64,000 nucleotides of DNA from Paraspadella gotoi. Lineage: Eukaryota; Animalia; Chaetognatha. The position numbers were made by a program, and so were the translations under genes. The stretch's first letter is position 1. Every line of letters starts with the position of its first letter. This document shows, one piece after another, positions 46,346-55,489 of the stretch. Under the pieces are notes generated by a model, which searched no databases, had not been told where the DNA came from, and was given only the letters and a program-made list of their open reading frames with translations. Where the stretch lies: assembly GCA_051294375.1 (NCBI GenBank), contig CM119267.1, positions 17,588,937-17,652,936 of the forward strand. Direction: 5' to 3'.

Positions 46346-48277
46346 ATCCTAACATCCCATTCACCCAGGTCATAGAGATGATAGACGACATCCGAGAAGC
46401 GTTCAACGAGCACGTCGACAAACTGGACTGGATGGACGACGAAACGAAAAGATTGGCCAAGGAAAAGGTGACGTCGGCTGTAGGCTTTTAATCGAAGAGA
46501 AGAAAACAACGACGCTGATTGATAACTTCTTCATTGGCGTTGCTCACAGGCAGAGGGACTCATCAATTCCATTGGAACACCGCTCTTCGCTCTTGACGAA
46601 CAAAATCTTAAGGATTACTACAAAGGCGTAAATACTTTTTTTATCCTGAAACTGTCAGAAAATCTTTTTTTTAATAAAAATAAATTAAATAATAATGAAA
46701 TAATAAATACTAAAATGAAATAAATAAATAAAAACAGTGGGTGATCCGTCCCGACGGTTCCATCTACGATTCCATTCTCGCACACACCGCTTATATCATT
46801 CAACGAAGTAATCGGTTGTTGAACGAAAAACGCGACGTCTCTGACGCCTGGGAGGGAAACGCCGCCGAAATCAACGCCTACTACAGTCCCGTCAGGTGAG
46901 AAGGATGTTGCCACTATTCGTCGTAAGCGAACCATTTCTGTTCTTCAGTCCCTGAATATAATTTTAACCCTAATATCGAAACTTAATATTCAACGGTTTC
47001 TCAATTGATAATCCTTAACGGTTAACCCTATTCCCCAACCCAGAACCCTTACGCTAATCCCTAACCCTAATCCTTAACCGAATCCATAACTTATTCCCTA
47101 ATCCTAAACTTTGAATTAAAGCTGAATCTGGGCACTTTTCGAATGGCGGAAATGTTTATCGTTTACATTTTGGTTTTAGTTTTTTCTTATTTTCGTGAAC
47201 CAGAAACACGATCATCTTCCCCGCGGCGTTCATGCAAAGGCCTTTCTACGACGAGCGACTTCCGTTGTAAGTATTTTGCAAAAACACTAAGACTAAGACT
47301 TGGTACTTTGGCTCGGCAAATGTGATTCTAATAATTCTTCCTTTAGGTTTGTCAATTACGCAGCAATCGGTTCCGTTATTGGCCACGAATTGACGCATGC
47401 TTTTGATGACAGGTAAATACAAGCTCGTCGAGCGCATTAGTCAATTGCGATGGGTTAATTTCGCAAAATTTTAATCACGACAGTGGCGCAAATTACGATT
47501 CGACAGGAAGCCTAAAAAAATGGTGGACGGACGGATCGTGGGAAGCCTTCAAGCGAAAGACCCAGTGTTTCGTCGATTATTACGAAAACTATGAAGTCGA
47601 CGGATACCAAGTGACCCGAATAGCATTTATAATTTCATATACATTAAATTTTATAGGAATTGTTAATTTTTCTTCGCTCTTTGAGGTTCGAGGAAGATTA
47701 ACGTTGGGCGAAAACATCGCCGATGTCGGTGGACTCGGACTCGCTTGGGACGCCTTCCAAAAGCGGAGAAAGGAAATGAAAACAAAAGACGTGAAACCAC
47801 TCCCGGGAATTCCGCTAGATGTCGATCAGACCTTTTTCGTCGCTTACGGACAAGTAAGCAAAAGGCAGTGTCGCTTTTAAAAATAAAAATTTAGTCGTAC
47901 GTGAAAATTAAAAATTAGAACAAAGAACGATCAGGCACATAGCAAAGCACGAAAAAGCTACGGAGAGACTGAGTGATAAACCACAGCGGGCATGGAGTCG
48001 TTCGTCAAGCTTTAACTTAACATGTCAGAACTTAGGCGGGATATTTGTTCATGAGATAGTTATTTCTTACTAGCTGACCTCTGTCATTCATACCTCTTAG
48101 AATTGGTGCTCCAATGTTCGACTCGCTGCTCGGGACATCCTCATCAAAACAGACAATCACTCGCCCGCTCCCGTTCGCACCAGAGCAGCGCCATCTCTCA
48201 TTCCGGAATTCCAGGAGGCGTTCGGGTGCAAAACCGGGAGCGATATGGCTCCAGAGAAGCGATGCGTCATTTGGTGA
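42543..48277 (+). CDS. M13 family zinc metallopeptidase (neprilysin/ECE-like), type II membrane protein
   Basis: N-terminal TM segment [28 protein letters not shown]...[36 protein letters not shown] (HExxH, ~47380). [18 protein letters not shown]...RCVIW*. Confidence 0.93.
44441..44534. repeat. (ATT)n microsatellite
   Basis: Direct observation; source of the spurious poly-Ile ORF. Confidence 0.95.
44545..44819 (+). repeat. Dispersed repeat family B, copy 2 (M13 peptidase intron)
   Basis: See 39834-40097. Confidence 0.75.
45008..45193 (+). mobile_element. Dispersed repeat family A copy followed by (AT)n/(ATT)n tail
   Basis: Longest copy seen; ends GTACCAATTTCAT, then a microsatellite. Confidence 0.7.
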
Positions 48278-50835
48278 CGAGGGCATCGTCTACATATTAT
48301 TCCCACCATCGAGAGGCTTGTTTTGTTTGTTTTTTTGGTTTATGTTCTGCAGATTACCAACGTGAAGTTGGCATTGTAATGTGATTTCACTAACCTTACC
48401 TATTTTTGACTCGTGAGTTTTGATTTTGAGATCTAGTCAATAAAAATAAGAAAAGTATAAATAGAGTAAAAAAGTAATAAAGTAATATTAACACTGACAC
48501 TAACACTAACACTGACCAGAAAAGATGATAAAAACGCCTCACCAGCAAATAGTCAATCAATTATTTCTTATTTGTTTTTTTTTTTCTGTCATTCTCACTT
48601 TAAAAAGCACTTTCCTCTATAATTGATTATTGTATTATCACTTCTCAATTAGCATTTTTATTTACATGATACCAATAAAAACGATCATTTTATAAAATGT
48701 CTTTTTCTCTTTTCCTATTTCATTAATCAGTATGGTTCATTGGAGAGGGAATACATGGAAGATTAAAACTAGATCGATATAACTAGCGTACAATTATAGA
48801 TGGATGATTAAAAAAATTACTGATCGTTACGAAAATAAAGAAAAATAAATCAATATTTTATAGCGAACTTCTGTTTTATAAGAATTAGCGATGATCTTTT
48901 GTTATTTTTGCTTTGACTCTGAAATTGTAGAATTCAAGCCTTTTGTTGTTGGTAAGTTAGTCCAATCCGAGTGGGTTCAACCCGATTCAATTTTACATCA
49001 TTGTGGAATCACGGTGGCCAACTGAACTCACAGTCGTCATTGCAGTTTAAGAATTGTTTTTGATATTTTTTTATGCATATTTTTAATAGTTTGAACTTTG
49101 AAGAAATTATTTGTTATAGTTTAGAAAGTACATGAATTTATGCGGTTTAAAAAAGAAGCAGCTACCTATTTTATTTTTAGCTTCAATGACAAGGTTAAAG
49201 GTAAAATTGATTTCTTGACTACTTTGACAATGGTTTTAGTATCATTTATTTTCCGCCCAGACTTCTAACACCTGGGCATTAGGGTGGAGTGATGAAAAGG
49301 TTGAGCGATGGAACAATGTTTTTTTTTGTTTTTATATATGTAATAAAAATAATTAAGCTTTTTAAAAAATATTATATAACAGTATCATTAATTAAATATT
49401 ATTTAAAATAATAAAATTTTAAAATCATATTTTTTTCATTTTAAGAACAATTTCGGATTCACAGGAAAAAAAACTGAAAAACTAAATATGTTTCAAGATA
49501 TTTTTAGGATAAAGCTGTAAAAAATTATTAAAACGTTTTATCATATAATAGTTTTTATTACAGAGTGAGAAAAATGGGAGAATTTTGACCTTTTTTTTAT
49601 TTTTAACACTGATATTAAAATTTTTAATAACATATTTTATATTTTTTGATATAACTTTTTATGAAGAATCACAATTTTTAATAACAAATTTTAAAAAAAT
49701 TATTTTAAAAATTTATTACTTTATAAAGATATTATTATGAATATATTATAATTAATGATACTGTTCCCCAGTGCTCCACTCTACTAGGCACCACCAGGGC
49801 TCCTGGAATTGCCACCTGGGAGCTGGGCATTGGGCTGTATTGCCACCTGGATTTGGATTGCCAGCGCCTATAGGTCAGCGTAGAATCGTTGTCGCCGCCC
49901 CTTCGAGCTTCAGCGCCGGCGCTTCGGTTCCTCGGCGCCATTTTACCGGACCTGCAGCTTTTAGTGCGAGATTGCGTTAAGTTAGAATTCAAACGAAGCG
50001 TAAAGTTGTATTAGGCTCCACGTACGATCGACGTCCTTTAGATAACGATTTCTGAACTTAAATAATTACCATCTCTTTTGATCTCAGTGATTAGTATGAA
50101 GTTTTCTTTATTTAAAAAAACGGTTTGCTATGGTTATCTCATTCTTATTACCTAGTACTGTTCAGTTAAATTTCTATGAGTTAAAAATACGGTAAGATAT
50201 GATTTCTTCGGAGATTATCAATCTAATCTCATTAACAACCTAATTTGACATGAAAGTATGATGAATTTTTATGGTATCAACAACTTTTAAAGATCAAATT
50301 CCTCCTTTTAATTTTTGTGGCTTTTATTTACACAAAACTTTTCAGACAAGATGCCACATTATCTGATACATTTTTTTTTCCCTTTCATACCGTTTCCCTG
50401 ATTCTCTTTCTTCATCTCTTTTCTTCTCTGTGTTTTTATTTTTATCTTCCTCTTTCCTCCCCTACTTTTCACGCCGTAACTTACCTTTTCTATGACCCTA
50501 CCTTTCTCTGCCACTATTTCACTTTCCTTATCCTTTTTTATTGCTTCTCTCCTTCTTTCTTTTCCCTCTTTTCCCCTCTTTTTCTTTCTATTTTTTCCTT
50601 CTTTTTCCGCCTTTCCTTTATCTCCTTATTTTTTCTCCTTTGCCTTCTTTTTATGCTTTTCCCCTTTCTCTCTCATTCTCCCCTTCTCCTTGTTCTCCCT
50701 TTCATGTTCCCTCCACTACTTTTCTGCCTTTACATTGAGCAAATCAAAGAAATTTCTTATTATCCATTATAAGAAAAGAAATTTACGATATCTCATGATT
50801 TTTCTTTCAATTTTGGTTGCCTGGCAAATTTAGTA

Positions 50836-50880
50836 AATCGACAGATTTTGCGGAAAATATTTCCGCAAAATCTGTCGATT
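50836..50880. repeat. Perfect 21-bp-arm inverted repeat
   Basis: AATCGACAGATTTTGCGGAAA-ATA-TTTCCGCAAAATCTGTCGATT. Confidence 0.9.
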
Positions 50881-52096
50881 CTGAGAAAAAACAAGTCCTG
50901 ACGCTTTCCATTGGTTTAAAAGGATGCGGTTTTTTTTTTTTTATTAACGTCAGTATGTTCCTCAACTGTTAAAACTATAAAATAAATTTAAAATCTTATC
51001 TTTATTAAAAATAAATGCAAGTCACAAAAATTCACAAATTAATTGTCGTCTTTAAAAAATATCTATGGCTAAACGAAATGAGTTTTTTTGATAATTTTGT
51101 AGGTGTTAAAAGCTTATTCTGTGGTTATATTTTTCTGTTAGTTTAAGCCAATTTAAAATATTTTTGTTTAATAAATTATAATAAAAACTAAAACTGCGAC
51201 TTTTTGATTTGTCAACTTTCAAATTAATTCATAAGTGAACTATGAATGATATAAGGAAAATATTTTACTCAGGGTTGAAGAAGATAAGGAAAAAGGAATT
51301 CCAAAATAAAAAATTTTCTCAACTTTCCTTGGCATTCAAATTTGAAGACGAAAGTGAAAATGGACAAAAATGGACATGATTTTTTTTCCTAAAAGTTGCA
51401 AAAATGTTACTCTTATATGATTAGAAATAGCTGGAGATGGTTTTAACTAATCCATATTTTGGCCTAATTTATATTATGGGGCAATTTAAATTTATTTTGT
51501 TAATAGTAACTGAACAATACTGGAAAAACTAGTTTTTTATCTGAATGCGAGGATTGTAAGCAGAGGCATTAACGCCTTTATCGCGCGGCCGCCTTTGAGT
51601 CTGACGGCATTGCGTTACAAGTCTACTTACGAAAATTCTTTTCATGATGATAAGTATCAATATATTACGTAAATACATAAAATACGCTTTATATTTTAGC
51701 ACATCAATAAAGTAAACACGGAAGTATTAACTGACTCATAGAATAAACAGGAACTCGATAAAGTTTAAACCAGGTAACTTGATTATAATTATCTTCTCGC
51801 GCATGAAATCTTCCAAGCTTGTGTTGAGAACTTGATTAATGAGATTTTTTTCCCGTGATTTCTAAATTAAACGCAATGATAAATCGTTGAGTTTCGTCGA
51901 AAGCGAGAGGAACAACAATAACGAAAGTTTTTTATCATTATTTTAAATCTCGGCTCGCTTGTAACGGAATTATTTAAAATTCGTGTCATTGAAATTTAAT
52001 TTATACTTTATTTGGTAATTCTTTTACACCAAGGTAAGTGTTATATAAATATTTATTTCGTATGTGCCATAAATATTCAAGAATAATCATGAATTG

Positions 52097-52745
52097 TGAA
52101 GAGACAGTAATTAGTGATATGAGTTAGTGATAGAACCGTTCAATATAAGCAGTCCCTGAGCTTCGGATCAGGCTGTAACACCGAGTTACAGGCGGGTTAA
52201 GCGCCCCGTCCCTCTTAACTGCCAGACGACCACCGGGCTAGAACCCGGACCTTTGGGTTGGGAGGCGAATGTCTTGCCTCCGGCACCATGGCCGCTGATG
52301 AACGGTTGTGGATTTTAGTCCACCATACATCCCCCCCTCCCATAGGGAGAAGTCTGTTGCGTCTCTTCAGTGAATTGTTGTTGTTGGTGGAAAGTACGTC
52401 ACCAAGTTGAGGCATGTCGCCTGATGTGTTGTGGCGGAAAGTGCATCGCCAGGTTGAGGCATGTCGCCTGAAAGTGTTGTTGTTGCTGTTGTGTTCGGAA
52501 GTCGGGCTCACCAATGAAGAGACAGTAATTAGTGATATGAGTTAGTGATAGAACCGTTCAATATAAGCATCCCTGAGCTTCGGATCAGGCTGTAACACCG
52601 AGTTACAGGCGGGTTAAGCGCCCCGTCCCTCTTAACTGCCAGACGACCACCGGCTAGAACCCGGACCTTTGGGTTGGGAGGCGAATGTCTTGCCTCCGGC
52701 ACCAATGGCCGCTGATGAACGGTTGGTGGATTTTAGTCCACCATA
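52097..52745 (-). mobile_element. TRIM-like miniature LTR element E2 (649 bp)
   Basis: 231-bp LTRs at 52097-52327 and 52515-52745. 4-bp TSD ATTG at 52093-52096 and 52746-52749. On the minus strand, PBS TGGTGAGCCCGAC (52513-52501) starts 1 nt after the 5' LTR and PPT GGGAGGGGGGGA abuts the 3' LTR (52341-52330). Confidence 0.88.
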
Positions 52746-52775
52746 ATTGCTTATTTTTCTATCACCGTAGCAACG

Positions 52776-53914
52776 ATGAAATATACGCACGTTGTTTTTT
52801 TCGCAACGGTGGTGTTTCTCTGTTCAACGAACGCCTCACTTTTCTGTTTTACCCACCAATCAGCGGACGCCCTTTGCCAGGTGTGAAATTTAAAAAATAT
52901 ATATATACGTATATTCATATTATTACATATAAAACCTTTTAAATATCTTCCTTCAGAGTTATCGAGGGCGTGTCAATACGTCGAACTGTGTTTTGCTAAG
53001 ATGTACTGGGCCAAAGGTAAATTTTGAAACACTTTGGGCACTTCATCTCTTTTCCTTTAAAACCACAAGTCTCTCTTTTCGTTCTTCCAAACTTTGTTTT
53101 AATTACACTGAGTAATTTTCTATTTACACACATACTTGATTTAACATTTTAAAAGGCGGCGTGCGTGAGCAGAACCGTGGCATCGAACCCAGATTTGACG
53201 TTCATGGATGGATGCGCCCAAGAATGGATCATGGGATGCCGCATAAATAGAGGTCCGCTTTGAATGCGATTGCATAAAGTCTAAATTGATATCTAAATTA
53301 AAAAGACTTTTAAAATCATTTTTTATTAGCCTTGGGAGCCACATTCAAACGATGTTACTGCAGAACTCACTGTTGCAACTGGAACGATGACGAGAGGTAT
53401 GTACATTGTAAAATGTACATTGTACATAAATCCATTTTTGATATTTAAATCTATAATTCCATGAATTGTGCTCTCGAAATCGCACAGCTTTCCCCGAACC
53501 ATCCCGGCACATCCACGCAGAGCTGAACGCTCCAACGAGGGTCTCGTGGGTCATCGAAAGAGACGCGGAAATCATCATCATCATCATCGTCGTCGTCGTC
53601 GTCCGTCGCTGGAGCATGAATCTCTGGATAGAGGATCGAGCGATTCTTCAGTTCGTCTGTCGATCGAACGATTTCTATCAGATATGCGGACGGAATTTCG
53701 AGCTGGGCTGAGCCGGTCCTTGTTCATCCTCGTTGGAATTCCCTGTTTGGGAATAGCGCTTTACTTTTGCTACTCTCGATTCGCCTCCTCGCGGGTCAAG
53801 GAGAAAGAAGTCACGGCGAAGGAGATGGAATGGAGAAAATTGAATCCGGATCCAAAGTTTAGGAAGATCACATTGGAATGTGAAAAGGGAAAGTGGACAG
53901 TTGGAGAAAAGTGA
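52776..53914 (+). CDS. Type I membrane protein with Ly6/uPAR-like three-finger cysteine-rich ectodomain
   Basis: Five exons splice in frame: MKYTHVVFFATVVFLCSTNASLFCFTHQSADALCQ|SYRGRVNTSNCVLLRCTGPK|AACVSRT...GCAQEWIMGCRINR|ALGATFKRCYCRTHCCNWNDDE|SFPRT...RKRRGNHHHHHRRRRR...SLFILVGIPCLGIALYFCY (TM), then a short tail. Confidence 0.75.
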
Positions 53915-54575
53915 AAACTAAAATAAGTTACGTTATCTGACGTGCTCTGTCGAAACTTTTTACATTCCCCTTTTAAAACGGTTTTCTGTCACGATTAGGC
54001 GGGGAAAAAAATTAAAGAGCTTTCTCTAATTCCTTTCTTAAAATAATAATTTGCTTTATAGCTGTCGGATTAGAAATAAATTACGAATTTAATAATATGC
54101 CGAGTCATGCTTAATGTACATAAAGGAGAGTAGGAGTGGAGCGAGAGGAACTATTTAAAAATAATGATTCCGCAAGTTNNNNNNNNNNNNNNNNNNNNNN
54201 NNNTAAAAAAAAAATAGCTAAAAAAAAAATATATAATGAAACGAGTTTATTACGTTTTATATCCATTTGATTTTTGGATTTGGGTCGGCCTTAAAATAAA
54301 AACCGGTTTTTTTAGGTGATAAGGATGAATGAGAACTTGAAAATATAAATTGTATATCACTGAGTATTTTTTAAGCCAGCTTCGTGGCATATACAGTTTA
54401 TACACTGCCTCACTCTCGCAAACGAGCACACCGATATTCAAGTCCAACTTTGAAAAATAACCAATAACCTTTTATTTGTACGAAAACGATTAACCTGTCA
54501 CAAGATAAAGGTCTCGAATTTAACTTAAATCACGTCGATAGAGCAGCTTCCTCACTGAGGCCGACCTCAACACAG

Positions 54576-55191
54576 ATGATTTTGATCGTCGTCTTAGTTT
54601 CTGCGGTGGACTCCCTGCAATGTTGGGCCTTCATGGAACTCGAACAATCTGAAGCTTTGTAAAGTAGGCTAAATTAGCAGAAAAGTTTTCTAATATTGTA
54701 TATTAAGTAAATATTCCCACCCAAATTTTAATACTCGTATTAATGTTAAAAGTTTTTTTTTTCTCTAGGCGATCGGCGGTCACGATGTGAACAATTCCAC
54801 TTGTTTAAACGTCACTTGTCCCGAGGACGGAATTTCCGAGGTTTGACGAAGGCTAATCCATATCAGCTTGAAATTTTACCAAGCTTAGCCTAAGATAACA
54901 TCTTTTTTTTTTTTAAGTGCTGTATGCGCCTGAGCGAGTTCGCGAAATTAGGCGGACAGCCGCCAAGCCTTTTGGTAGCGAAAGATGTCTGCTTCAAAAG
55001 CTATTACGGAATACGGGGTGAAACCAAACGTTCATTAGCTCAACAAACAAAACAAAACAATAACAATCTTACACAATGCTCACGGTCTGTTTCTGTGACA
55101 CGAATTTCTGCAACGGTGTTTCCCCAATCGACTCTTCAGTCGAATCGATCCTGAATCCTCTCATTGTCCCGCATATGTTGACTTATTATAA
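54576..55191 (+). CDS. Ly6/three-finger (quiver/sleepless-like) protein, probably GPI-anchored; noisy copy
   Basis: Signal-like MILIVVLVSAVDSLQCW, then NNSTCLNVTCP and a terminal TVCFCDTNFCNG followed by a hydrophobic tail. Exon pattern parallels the 52776 gene. Confidence 0.65.
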
Positions 55192-55489
55192 CATATTCAA
55201 TATTGCTTTTTTTGTTGTTGTATACCGTATCTGCTCGTTTAATATTTAATATTAAATTTATATCTTTTTTTTGTATTTTCAATTTTTGCCGCGTTTTGTT
55301 TACGTAAAAATTCGTGGATGTGGAAAATAAAACGGCTTCAAAGTTTTACACTGTATTGTCGAGAAAATAAACTGGCACATTGGAAATGGAACGGCGGAAA
55401 ACAAATAAACAAATACAACGAGCTAATAGAAAAAATAGACTGATTAAATTCAAACGCCATATCATGCGTCAAGAGGCATCATTTCTCCG

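Noticed and set aside
46132-46509. ER/SL dipeptide-repeat ORFs (also 37457-37666 and 38975-39269) and the poly-Ile ORF 44243-44566
   Set aside because: Products of (GA)n and (ATT)n microsatellites.
47020-47110. CCCTAA telomere-like repeats (also ~25545-25585 and ~59015-59075)
   Set aside because: Short, degenerate and intronic or intergenic; no real array.
52295-52301. CTGATGA as a hammerhead ribozyme core in the E2 LTR (and CTAATGA in E1)
   Set aside because: No stem II followed by GAAA, and no stem III or cleavage triplet in the right geometry. In E2 the motif is also on the strand opposite to the PBS-defined sense.
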